Source of the DNA: Aplysia californica
Taxonomy: Eukaryota
NCBI RefSeq assembly: GCF_000002075.1
Contig: NW_004797271.1
Location: 625,801 to 689,800, forward strand
Direction: 5' to 3'
Length of the DNA: 64,000 nucleotides
The position numbers were made by a program, and so were the translations under genes. Below, in pieces: positions 1-11,241 of this stretch. The notes beneath the pieces are model-generated. The model saw only the letters and a list, made by a program, of their open reading frames with translations, was not told the DNA's origin and ran no database searches. The number at the start of each line of letters is the position of its first letter. The first letter of the stretch is position 1.

Positions 1-531
1 CCATTTTGCCCGAAGTGATCCCGGTCTCTACCCATCCTGAGGCGAGTCACGAGTGAGGCAGAACAGGAAGCCAGAGTCACGAGTCATACTCGGCGAGTCC
101 GAATAGTCACTTCGTAAAAGTAAATCTAATATAGGCCTTCCGAAACGGGGTTTGACTGTAGTGGTAAAGTTCAGATCCCCACAATCAAGGAAAATCTAAT
201 CAATTATAGAATGTGTCATAGTCATAGCAGGTATAGCAGCAAACTGGAACTAAAGAAACTGACTTTTGTGAGTCGTTGACTGAAAGGCTTATCCCCAATG
301 ATTAATGTGCAGGGTCTAACCATCTCAATTAACAAATCGTAGAAATGTGAACAACTATGCTGGTGTCGGGAAAATGTTGAAAACCCTGGACCTGGTAAGG
401 GTAGGAGGGGGGAGTGTTGTCACAATGTTGTGAGAGGGATTCGGCATCGGCCACTCCCACTTTTCCGTGAATCAATATCAACACAACAAGTTTGACTTTT
501 TTATGACAATAAAAAATAACACTAAACGCAC

Positions 532-581
532 TTTCCACTCGACATGAAGTCTTGTTCGTCATCTTCGGCATTGAAAAACAT
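532..581 (-). CDS. FKBP15: Probable first coding exon of an FKBP15-like gene (rest lies left of the window)
   Basis: Minus strand ATG 581 reads MFFNAEDDEQDFMSSG+aa, then a GTGCGT donor (phase 2). It resembles the recalled vertebrate FKBP15 N-terminus (MFGAGDEDDTDFLSPSGG). Only 16 codons are visible. Confidence 0.5.
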
Positions 582-924
582 CCCTTAACTCGTTAATAGA
601 GACCCTTTCAAAAAGTATCATAAGATGACCACACAATAGTGGTCACAAGTTTTGTCGAACGAAGCGAATCGCTGGTCATATGAGCCTTGACCCGGAAGTT
701 TATAACAGTCGGAGGAGTGCATTGGTTAGCTACAGGCTCTGGTTTCATTTATTTGGACTTTACAAATTATTTTACAGACTTTGTATTATTTATAAGTTTC
801 AATCCTCATATTAGAATTATTATCGTAATTTTATCTAAAAAAATAGGTACTATACTGGCAAATATTTTGTATTGAATCATCTGCATAGTATAAACAAATA
901 ACCGATCCCTTGATGATAAACAAC
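582..924. promoter_or_regulatory. Bidirectional promoter between FKBP15-like exon 1 and TTC19
   Basis: 343 bp between divergent ATGs. ETS-type CCGGAAGT at 692-699, ATTGG (CCAAT) at 721, YY1-like AACATGGCG over the TTC19 start codon. Confidence 0.55.
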
Positions 925-1043
925 ATGGCGACCCCCATGATTCGAAGACTATGTATGAATTTTGGACGTCTCACCTATCCAGTCCTGAAGTCAGCATCGA
1001 CTCAAAGGGTCTTGAAATGTGCTTCAACTTCAATAAGAAACGT
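925..1043 (+). CDS. TTC19: TTC19 exon 1 (mitochondrial targeting peptide)
   Basis: MATPMIRRLCMNFGRLTYPVLKSASTQRVLKCASTSIRN; donor GTAGGT at 1044 or GTGTAG at 1042. Confidence 0.7.
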
Positions 1044-4000
1044 GTAGGTTTTAAGACGTAAATACCGTTTATTATGCTGGGCTTTCTTTGTTCTTATTTT
1101 TTTCAACGACCTTCATTTCATCACACTCACGTCAAAGTCGAACTTTACACAAGTCAAGAAAGTAGACTACTGAACTTGAACTGCTGTCTGTAGACTACTA
1201 AATTACAGTATAGTCTTACACAACAATATTACTAACAAATCTATCACTTTCAACTGACGAACTTATATTATTAATGCAAGTGAGTATAACTCGCCTGTGA
1301 TCTAGATCTAGAAAATCTAGATCTAATATCTATGTGTAAATTACGAGTTTCTTTTGACTTTTGATTTTTTGTGGGTCTTTCTGTCTCATAGGCCAAGATC
1401 TAGATTCTAGGTGATCTTGTAGTTCCGTTCGTTTAAGTCCACGATCCATTTGTTTACATCCAGAGAAGAAATCCAGAAGTCTTGAAGACCAAATACTATT
1501 TGAATTAGGCTACACAAAGAGCAGGGATGCAACCTAATTGCAAAACATCAAATTAGGATAAAATTCAGGGGGGGCATGCCCCCCTGAACCCACCCCCACC
1601 TCCATATTTTTATTAGGTCAGGGGGGCAAGCCCCCTTGAAACCCCCCTACTCTTGACTTTAACGAATGAAACTACAAAATCACCAAGATCTATACTTTGA
1701 CAAAAGGCAACCTATATAGCAGGCGAACCTTTTGGCTATTCTCACCCGGTGTGCCTTCACCGTGATAGCCTAGGCCAACCAGTGTAGCGTTCACCGTGAA
1801 CAAACGTTCCAGCGCTCTTGTGTTGAAAGCGCGCAATTTTGTCTGTGGGCAGTGAGAAAGAAAGAGAGAGAGGGGAGTAGCGCGAGAATTTCCTGGCAAA
1901 ACAAAATGGCGACCCGCGTAGTTCGGCTCGATTCCAAAAGTGAAATAGCCATAGCATCTTTGTAGACGACCAAATCTGCTTACTTTTGTGCTTAGATACT
2001 ATACCGTCATTTTTTCTTTGCTTTTGTCAATTTGATCATCCACATCGATAGACAGCATTCCGAAATTAGGAAAAATAGATCTTGTTTCACACCGGGTGAG
2101 GATAGCCACTTCCAAAGGATTGTTTGGCAATCTCTTATTTTGGCCTCAAGACGTCAAGAGTAATGAAACATCAAACTTTATTACTTTATAAGCTAGGTTT
2201 GGGTTATATAGGGGTAGGGATAGGATTGTAGGACAGTTGGATAGTAAAAATCGTTTGAGCCAGAACCGGATTATTCCAATTGTTTTTTACTTTGATGATT
2301 AAGGTTAGCTTTGAGGACTAACTCAAGAGATGAATTCATATGGGTAGGCATATAATACGCAAATTATCATATAAAGATGGTTGTGAAAGGTCTTGAGCCT
2401 TCATGCTAAATATTACGAAGTGACTATTTCTCCGAACGTTCGGAGAAATAGTGCCGATCTTTATTTCTCCGAACGGTTTCCGGCTTCCGGTCTCGTGATT
2501 TTTTGCCTATTTATTGCGAGAGTTCGGCGCCAACTTTCATTCTGCCTCAGGTCTGGGAAGGAACACCGCATGGCAAGCCCGCCTACAGACAACCTTCAGT
2601 AACACCTACCACACACCCACCACCATCATGCACATGTACACACACAACGTATGACGAGCTGAGCTGTGGATGGAGAGACAGTATGAGTGACAGAGCAGGT
2701 CAATGGAAGAATGTACGAGTGTATCCATAGGCGTAAGCAATTACAAGACGACGACACCGACCCCCCTGGCCTGGTCCACAGCTCACGAACGAAAGGCATG
2801 CGGTTAAGGCAGTGTTTTGCCTATATTATTGTCCATGGTTCGCAGGGTGCAAGGGATCGAATGAGTCAGATTTTCTTTGTGTGTGCCTGGAGGGAGGGGG
2901 TGAGGTGTGAAATTCATGCGGACGGGGATGAGCCGCGGGAGAGAACACGGGAATTGAAAGAATGAGTGAAACTGAAAGAGAGGAACGACTCATGAGCCGT
3001 GGAGTGAATTGATCCTGTGTTTCTATTTTTGTATACTTTGAACTGTTAAAGGCTGAAATAAAGCCCGAAAAACAAACACACACACGCTCCTCACTCTCCA
3101 CTTACACACTTACTACCACACACAGACACACTCACACACGCACATGCATACACACATACACACACAGGAGCAAATTTTTAGGTCTATATCTATTTCAATT
3201 TTCAAGAGCTAATCTAGAGATTTTTAGATGAGTGTAAAAACGCGAAAAAGAAAGGTTTCACAACAGAATGAAATAAAAAATAGAACAGCCCATAAACAAA
3301 CACAAAAATTAACAAATAAGGGCGTGAGTCCACCTGTCCGAAGAAGATTGGCTGTTTTAACCCTAAATGTGCGTAATTTTAAAACAAAGTAGGCCTACAT
3401 GATATTACATGTAAATTATGGAATCACACATTATTAAGGGGCCTGCCAGTGTCAGTACATGTAATGGGTGGTTTTGGTGGAACGTACACTCTAACATAAC
3501 ACATTTAAATCTATATATAATATATGCATGTATATATATATATTTAGAATCTAATGAAGGTAGGAACATCAAATTAAATGACATGTTACACTATACAACA
3601 TCCCCCCCCCCCCCCCTTTTCCCCAACAAAAAAAATTGGTAGAAAAACAACACATCAGAACAATAACAAGAAAGAAAAAAATACAAACTAACAAAATAAA
3701 ACACCACAAAGAGGGAAAAATAAAAGTAACTGTAACGTATTCAACAAATCAATGTGGTGACAACAAGTGAGAAAGAGACGAAGTGAAGCTAGGTGAACTT
3801 TCTTTCAAAAGTAAAGAGGTTCGGTTTCTTTCTTTCTTTTTTTTTTAAATTTGACTTTTAATTCGGGGACCAAAAAATGCCCAAAAAATCGAGCCACGAT
3901 TGATTGGTCGCGACCGCGACAAACGCAGATGCTAGTTCTATGTGTCGTTATCAATAACCCTCCGTAGATCTAGATCTAGACAGCACACGAGTGAACACAT

Positions 4001-7000
4001 TAAGTTTAAGAGTAGCACTCTTCATAGGCAACACGTCATATCTGTATCGAAAAACTGTTTGGAACTGTAGCATTTCTTTATATAAATATTTACTGCGGAC
4101 ATGTTTTGGACCGATTGAACCATATTGTACACGAACAATCTTTGGTAGGCCTATGCTATAATTATAGATCTATATAATATCCGAAATTTGCGGGAAAGGA
4201 TGTGATTTCAGAGTGTTCGGAGAAATAGTGCCCAGCTTTATTTTCCCGAACGTTCGGAGAAATAGTGCCTAGCTTTATTTTCCCGAACGTTCGGAGAAAT
4301 AGTGCCGGCCTTTTTTTTTTAGCTTGCTTCATTATACCAACTGTGGGTGCTTGCCCTCTTCATGTTAATCCACTACTACTCAACTAGAAGCTTGCATATT
4401 TTTGTTTTCTTGACCTGTCCATATATAGATCTATATGTCTATAAATTCCTGGCAGTGACTTTTTCTTTTTTCAACTTTATTGTTACTGTTACTCATGAAT
4501 TGTAATTGGCATCACTGCTGCTGTGGTGCTGTATCATACAGTGGAACTCGGATTCAACAAGAACTCAGATTCAACGAAAGGAGATGGATTCCCAGGGGTT
4601 TTTTTCTTCTTTAACTCTTGTTTTGCGTCTATGCTGAGATGCGAATCTTATCAGCAACCGATTACGTCGGACGTTCCAGACAGGCCGCCGGGATTACTCA
4701 GCGTGTACATTAGTGTACAGCGAGCGGGCCTGGAAACGTGTGTTTTCGACGTGAATACTGTGGGAGTGTGTTAATCGATGATGAAAATAATGCTCTATCT
4801 TTTATACATTCTATATATAAAGTGTTAGGAACACATGAATAACCCACTATAGAGCTGATAAGACATTACGAGTAGTTACCCCCATTGGAATAACCTTTTT
4901 AGACGCTCTTGTTGTTATGAATGATCTGGGGTTCTAAAGGGAATAATATAGGTCAATTTCCGAATGTTTTGCTCTCAAATTGTTCTTTTTACCTGCACAA
5001 TTGTATTCAAAACTATCGAATAAGCTTATTTTTTATCAGGTATTATCATTTCATACAAAATCAAGCTTATTTGAAAGATTTTGTATAGAAAAATGGAAGT
5101 CTTGTTTCCTGACTATCCTTTCGAGCTCCTCTTGTGTGTCTAAGTGTGTCAATTTGTTCTAATTTCATTGAATGAACATCTGGAGCTACCAACTTGGCGT
5201 GTTTTGGATGAGACGTGTGCCTCGTTTACGAACCAGCGCTTGCAGTTCTAGAAATAGGCCACAAATGCACACAAACTCAAGCAGACTGACGCACACACAC
5301 TTGAGCTGCGTGAATGCGGGTCCGACGCGGGACCTGAATGGAACAGAGATTTTGCTCGGCACGCGTGCGCTGAGCCAGGGTCCGGACTGACACAGGACCG
5401 GAACGAAGGCGAGGTGTCGAAATAGGCTTATCGGGCGACATAAACCCGGCCCCCACAGGACGAGGGTTAAAATCAATAAAAATAACCGTATTCAACGAAC
5501 ACTTAAATCAGCAAGCTCGGATTCAACTAGGTTGCTTCCAGGGTGAACAGCCCCCCGCAGACGTGGCTTAGCCCATTTTTCTCCTTCAACGAACTTATCT
5601 TTTCCCGGATACATTCCATTGCACCTGCATTTGAACCATTATTCACTTAGCTGATTGCATGCGACCAATCACCTGCCTTCTTTCATACCAACACAAGCAT
5701 TGTTGGCACGTGCATGTGTCAATTCTAGTGTGTGTTGGGGTTGGATTGGCGGCCTGCACTCGTGTGACTATGTGTGCGTGTACTGTTGTGTGGGGGGGCA
5801 CCATCGGTCAGGGTGTGAAACGTCGCAGATACAAAAATGCGTCAGTCTTTTTTCCCCCGGAAACAGATGATTATTACAATGATAAACTAGTCTTGACGTA
5901 GATCTACGTAATGAATTGTGCGCTGGTCTATGGAATCTAACGTTGCCTTATGCTAGGCTCTACACAGCACACACTGTTTTGGCAAACAATTGAGATGACA
6001 CAGGTGTGCATTTGAACGAATCTGTCTTTTTTTGCACAGTTCATAATATACAGGCATTTCAGGCACCACTTGTTACTTCTCTTTATACATTACTTGTTCA
6101 GTTCCTGTAATTATCTACGCAAAAATCATGTTTGCTATATCAAACACTCGGATTCAACGAGATTTTAGGTCAGGCCTGGCGACATCGTTGATTCCGAGTT
6201 CCACTGTACTGTATGCCTTAAAAAATCAAAAGGTAAAAACTCATAAAGGCACGAGGAACTTATTGAGAGGTCTTGCTAAAGATAATCTGAAGGCTATTAA
6301 TGAATTCCCAAACTGTTGGAAATAGTACCAGACTCTTTCTGAGGCAGAGTTTGTAGCTTGTTTCCGTTTGAAAAATGTGTTAACGTATTGCTGTTACCCG
6401 TAAATGAGCTATGCTGTATGCTCATAAAAAGGGAAAAGGTGAAATTTGTAGGGCATGATCTTATTGAAGGTCTTGCCAGGGATGCCACTTTTCCGCTTTT
6501 TTCCAGTATTTTGATCCTGATCCGCTATTCTGTTACTGAGATCGAGATAGAATCTATAGTTGAAAAAAAAACACGCTTTGGGTTTCAAATTGATATATTC
6601 ATATGTTAGCGAGGCTATGGTGCGTGGATTTTCAACTATTTTTTAAAAAGTTGAGTGGCATCCCTGGGTCTTGCTTAAGGTGGAGTTTATCAACAAAGAT
6701 GTTGATACTCCCAAATTGTTTGAAAGAGTGCCAGTCATATTTCTGGGTCCGAATTTGTAGCTTGCTTCCATTCCAAATACATGTTTTAAAGAATTTTGGT
6801 ATTTTGTTAATATTTTTATGCGTATTATATATATGGAGAGTCTGAAATGTGTATGTTTGCAAGTACATGTATTACCGGTAGCCTACTACTATACTATAAA
6901 CATTAATTTTTCATTTTCTGCATTGGCATTCGTTAAGTTTCTTTGTGGGGGTTTTTTCTTTTCAGTCTGAGTATAGCAGCCCATTCCTTTGCAGGTACGG

Positions 7001-10000
7001 TAGTAAAATGAATGTTTCCTAATGTATGTATTACTTTTCATAAAATGTACTTTCTTTTGGTCAAAGATGCCGTTCCAAAGTTGCCAGTGCCACTGGCACA
7101 GGACTGGGCATATCTTATGCATTGCTTGGGTTCAGCTTTGGGAAAAAGGCAGAAAAAGAGAGTGATCCTCTGACTGAGACGTATCGAGAAGCAAGGCTGG
7201 CTCATGTTCGTCAAGACTTACAGCGAGCTGATGAATTGTATCATGAGGCTTTAAAGGTACGTCCTGTCCCCATGGTTTTATTTTTATGCACCCCACATAA
7301 TTTAACAAAATTTGATCATTTTTTGCCCAATTTCTGATTGTTTTCCTTTATCATTCCCTGTTAAAATTAACAGAATCGCATAATTTCACATTTTTGGGCT
7401 CAGTTTGCATAATTTCATAATTTTTCTTGCATAAAACGACAGGGACAGTACGTCTGCAGTAAGACCCCTGATAATATGAACTTGACTGGACATGAAAATT
7501 TCTTTGAATCAAGCAGATTTCGTGTGAAGGGAAGTTACAATGTATAGAATAAAGAGGCAGAAAAAAATTCAGGGATCTGAAATCCTTTCATGTTAACAGA
7601 AATTTGGGTCAAACAGCTTTATGCTAAACAAAATCTTCTGTAGTTTGTGAGGATGAGACTGTTTTGTTACAGAGATTTTCAGTCTAGCACGCGCAATTGG
7701 GAAAAATGCTCATAGTGAACAGTTTTTTTAGTTTTTAGTTCCTGACTTTTTTCCATTTAATTATATTCTTTGTATTCGAAACACCCACATGATATTAATA
7801 CTCATAAAAATAATTTAATAGTAATGGGAATCACTAGAAGACTTTAAGCTCTGTAACTGTAATGTCTCTTCCTGAGACTTCATTGATTAGATGGAGAACT
7901 ATCAAAATAGGTTCTCTTGTTTTGATTCAATGGACAATGTAGAGGGCGCTCTCGTGGCCTAAAGATCCTCTCATTCAATAGATCCCAGTTACGAATCTGG
8001 AAAGCGACAGAAATTTTTCTTGTGGGTGGTTGGCGGGTGCTCTGGTGTGGTTTGCTTCTTCTTTCCTATCAAACATCTATCGTCCTTATCTCCCCTTCTT
8101 CTGTTTTATGTTTGTTACTCTCTTGTAACACCTGTAATCTTCTGGCGCTCATATGACCTTATGCAGTTGCGAGCACCGTAAAACCCTCTACTAAAACTAA
8201 ACAAAAATTTTTCTTCTCTAAAAATGTCTCCTTTCCCCTCCTTTCCTGCTCTCTAGCAATGTTCTGTTGTCTGCTTTCGTCTCCACTTTCTGCCCCCACC
8301 CCCTCACCTCCTCTGCCCCCTCCTCTGGGCTCCTGACTCTTTAGTCTTTCTGCAGCCTTCTACTGCTACTCCTTGACTCCTGCTTACTGCTGTCTTTCAG
8401 CCACTTCCCTGATCTTAGGGTAGGAAATATCTACCCTTAGTCTTAGCCTTCTTGGAAAAGGGCAAAAAATATCGGAGAGGTCCCATGTGCAAGTTGTGCA
8501 CGTTAAAGATCCCTTGGTTGTCCAAAATCAATCAGAGTAGGCTTCGGCTGCAACCCGGGCAAAATTAAAATTTCCTACCAATTGAAAATGTTTCATGTGT
8601 TCCACGCGCTCATATTCATATGATCTTATGCAGTTGTGAGCGCCGTAAAACACTTACCAAAAAAAAAAAAGGACAATGTAGTAATGTATATTTTAGAGAA
8701 CCTTAACAGATGGATAATGGGGAAAGATCAGGGTAACGTAGCTTTTTAAAGAGCATCCAAGCAAAGGAATATATGGAGAACCACGATCGCCGATGTCTTC
8801 CTCAGATCTGGCCCTTGATGAGGATGATGATATATTTTACTTTTAGATTTTGTACTAAAAGAGGGCCCTGGCATAGTGGGTTCACCCCCTTCAAAGATAA
8901 AGAGTTAAAAAAGCGGGTTCTTAAGACTTAAGTGAACCAGGATCTTAGGCAGAGGCATACTGCACAATGCATTTTATTTCCAGGGGGTATTTTCCATCTG
9001 AGGTTTGGGGCATTTTTTAAGACCAGACTGGCTGTTGTGTTCTGGAGGTATATAGTGAGGTCATTGTCATTTTGCACTCTCTTTTGCTGAATTATCTACA
9101 GCCTACATTTCAATGATAACAATATTTGATCTTTTCAGTTGGCAGACGATATGCTGAAGACAGAACAAATCACGGCTGACAAGCACCTCACAGCTCGCAC
9201 GTTGATGTACGATGGTTTGGCAGATATTGCCATGCAGACGGGACAGATGGAACCGGCTGAAGCTCTTTATAAGGAGACCATGAAAGGCTGCTTTCAACAA
9301 GTGAGTGGTAGTATTAGTAATACGGTAGCTTGAAGGGTTATGAATATCTCACCCTAAGTAGAAACATTGATGGAAAAAGAGGTAGAGGTGAGCTAAGAGC
9401 AAATATCGTCAGTAAAGTTGAAATTCTTGTGCAACTAGTAATACTCAGAACACTTCAACATTTCTAAGAATGATTATATAATATATAAGACTGAGTGGAG
9501 AGCCATGGTCCCCAATGTCTGTTCAGAGAAAGAAAAAGAAAGTGAAGTAGAGTGAGAGAAAGAGAGGGAGATAGCGAGAAGCAGATAAATAAGTCTACTG
9601 TATTCTTTAAAAATCAGACTCGTGTCAGACACAAAAAAAAAAGAAAATTTTTCTCATCAATGATAAAATTAAAAAGGGAAAGGATGCTGGCGATACTTTT
9701 TTTAATGGTTAAGTTTTAGTGTTGTATGTTCTGTCTTGTAACACGGGAAAAAATTCTCTTCTGTTTGACATCACTGGGTAAATAGTAATGGTTACAAGAT
9801 GTAACCTGCAGTTTCTTTGGGCTCTTTATGATGAGCTCTGAGAATGTGCTTTTTCACCTGTGTTTATTTTTAGACCACAGACTTTTGGTCAGTGAGTTTA
9901 TGTTCACCATAATGTAATGTCGGTAACACGACATCCAGGAGAGTGCTTACAGAAACAATAGTGCGGTAAGCTGACAAAACGCCTTTTTTCAATTTTCAGT

Positions 10001-11241
10001 AGTTTCATTTTAAAATAAAGTGCTTCTGAAAGTTGAATAGTAATTTATTCAAGAACTAGTCACAGTTTCACTTTGATTTTTTCACACAAGCAGAGTAACT
10101 GATAAGGCTTTCGATTTAGCAAATAAACAATTTTGGAGCCAAAATGAAAAAAAAAAAAGGCATTTTCTCAGCTTACAGCAGAATAGCCCTAGCCCACAAA
10201 CAGGGCACTGCACAGAAGCGATCAGCAATAGCATGTTGATTGTCTGTATTGCTTTGATATTGTGTATTATGTAACATTGATAAAGTTATATATATTTGGT
10301 TGGTATGTATGTAAGTAGCCTCTATGTATGTTTGTATGTTTGCCGTTGTAAACTGTATCTCCCCTAGTGAGTGGTTAGTAGAAGGTATCACTGGCAGGTC
10401 CAACTTTTTTTCTTTCCTTCTGCTGTTTCCATTTGTCTGTCTTACTCTTTCCTTGCAATAATTGACTGTTTTTTTGTTGATGTGCTTCTCTTTATCTCAA
10501 CAAACAAATCAAATTTCCAAATGGGGATCAATAAATGTTGAATTCTATTTCCATTCTTGTATTATTTTCTCTCAGGGTTTAGCCCAAGACCACAACGTGA
10601 TCATCGAGATCTCCCTCAAGCTGGCAAGCATTTACGCCATGCAGGGCAAAAAGACAGAGGCTGAGGAGGGATACAAGTTCTGCGTGGCCATGCAGACACC
10701 CAAGATGGCCGCCCGGGAGAAGCAGTGGGTGGACAGCGACGGGAAGAAGAAGAAGGTACACAAGATGGACCTCTCTAAAGAGGCGTTGGCAGAGACAGAA
10801 CAAGACACGGCCGTTCTTCTAGGCATGAGTTTGGGAAGTTACGGTCGCTTTTTGATGTATGAGAAACGTTATCAGGAAGCTCTGCCTTTGTTTGAGCGTG
10901 CGAGAGTGTACGCCAAAAATACCATGGGCATGGACACCAACCAGTATGTGGTCATTCTCAACGACATTGCAACCCTGTTTATCGTCACCAAAAACTTTGA
11001 CAAGGCGGAGAATGTACTCAAAGAAGGTATAGATATCTCTGAGAAGGCCAAGCTGCCCGAAGCTGCCGTCCTGCACTGTAACATGGGGGCGTTAAATCTG
11101 AGACGGGGGGAGGTGACCCAGGCCATGAAGAGCTGTCAACAAGGTCTGGAGTGTGCCAAGAAGTTCGACCACAAACTGGCCTACAGAATGGCAGAGGCGT
11201 GCTTGAAGAAAGGAGCCAGTGTGGAGGCAAAGTCATCATAG
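925..11241 (+). CDS. TTC19: Tetratricopeptide repeat protein 19, mitochondrial (complex III quality control); spliced gene
   Basis: Exons 925-1043 (or 925-1041 plus 6966-6994), 7067-7256, 9139-9300, 10576-11241; 378 or 387 aa. The motif IIEISLKLASIYA, LLGMSLGSYGRFL and the TPR helices match TTC19. The N-terminus is Arg/Ser-rich and acid-free, like a mitochondrial presequence. Confidence 0.9.
1706..2113. mobile_element. Helentron-associated-like non-autonomous element, family A (CTATTCTCACCC subterminal repeats)
   Basis: Homologous to copies at 59362-60132, 60628-60700, 60772-61292 and 62866-63013. Subterminal inverted repeats/hairpins, A/T-rich insertion sites, no TSD. Family assignment is inference. 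Confidence 0.6.
2417..4310. mobile_element. Palindrome-terminated non-autonomous element, family B
   Basis: Perfect palindrome CTATTTCTCCGAACGTTCGGAGAAATAG near 2424; related repeats at 4215-4305 ending in a T-run. Internal 3230-3960 is homologous (inverted) to 16860-17275. Confidence 0.5.
4539..6206. mobile_element. Tc1/mariner/pogo-type MITE
   Basis: TIRs CAGTGGAACTCGGA(T/A)TCAAC with TA on both flanks. Confidence 0.8.
4615..5466. mobile_element. piggyBac-like MITE nested in the Tc1-type MITE
   Basis: TTAA on both flanks and imperfect TIRs; second, inverted copy at 61782-62628. Confidence 0.8.
6966..6994 (+). CDS. TTC19: Candidate 29-nt TTC19 micro-exon (SEYSSPFLCR)
   Basis: tttttcttttcag acceptor and CAG|GTACGG donor; open in phase 0 to phase 2; 72-nt intron to the next exon. 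Confidence 0.5.
7067..7256 (+). CDS. TTC19: TTC19 internal exon
   Basis: tttcttttggtcaaag acceptor; CRSKVASATGTGLGISYALLGFSFGKKAEKESDPLTETYREARLAHVRQDLQRADELYHEALK; AAG|GTACGT donor. Confidence 0.8.
7943..8670 (+). mobile_element. tRNA-derived SINE with Meta/Ruka-like core and I/Nimb-like tail
   Basis: 11-bp TSD GGACAATGTAG (7932-7942, 8671-8681), degenerate tRNA head, GCACGTTAAAGATCCC core and poly-A. Second copy at 23089-23593 (-). Confidence 0.8.
8022..8204 (+). mobile_element. ~180-bp non-autonomous retroposon nested in the SINE
   Basis: TSD AAATTTTTCTT (8011-8021, 8205-8215). Copies at 17283-17460, 41397-41558(-), 41908-42045(-) and 44102-44288(-); tail-only copies at 15370, 48215 and 50990. 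Confidence 0.8.
9139..9300 (+). CDS. TTC19: TTC19 internal exon
   Basis: cttttcag acceptor, GTGAGT donor, phase 0/0; LADDMLK...AEALYKETMKGCFQQ. Confidence 0.9.
10576..11241 (+). CDS. TTC19: TTC19 last coding exon (TPR repeats)
   Basis: ttttctctcag acceptor; GLAQDHNVIIEISLKLASIYA...EAKSS stop. AATAAA signals near 11790, 11861 and 12027. Confidence 0.93.
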   Translation, partial: GLAQDHNVIIEISLKLASIYAMQGKKTEAEEGYKFCVAMQTPKMAAREKQWVDSDGKKKKVHKMDLSKEALAETEQDTAVLLGMSLGSYGRFLMYEKRYQEALPLFERARVYAKNTMGMDTNQYVVILNDIATLFIVTKNFDKAENVLKEGIDISEKAKLPEAAVLHCNMGALNLRRGEVTQAMKSCQQGLECAKKFDHKLAYRMAEACLKKGASVEAKSS

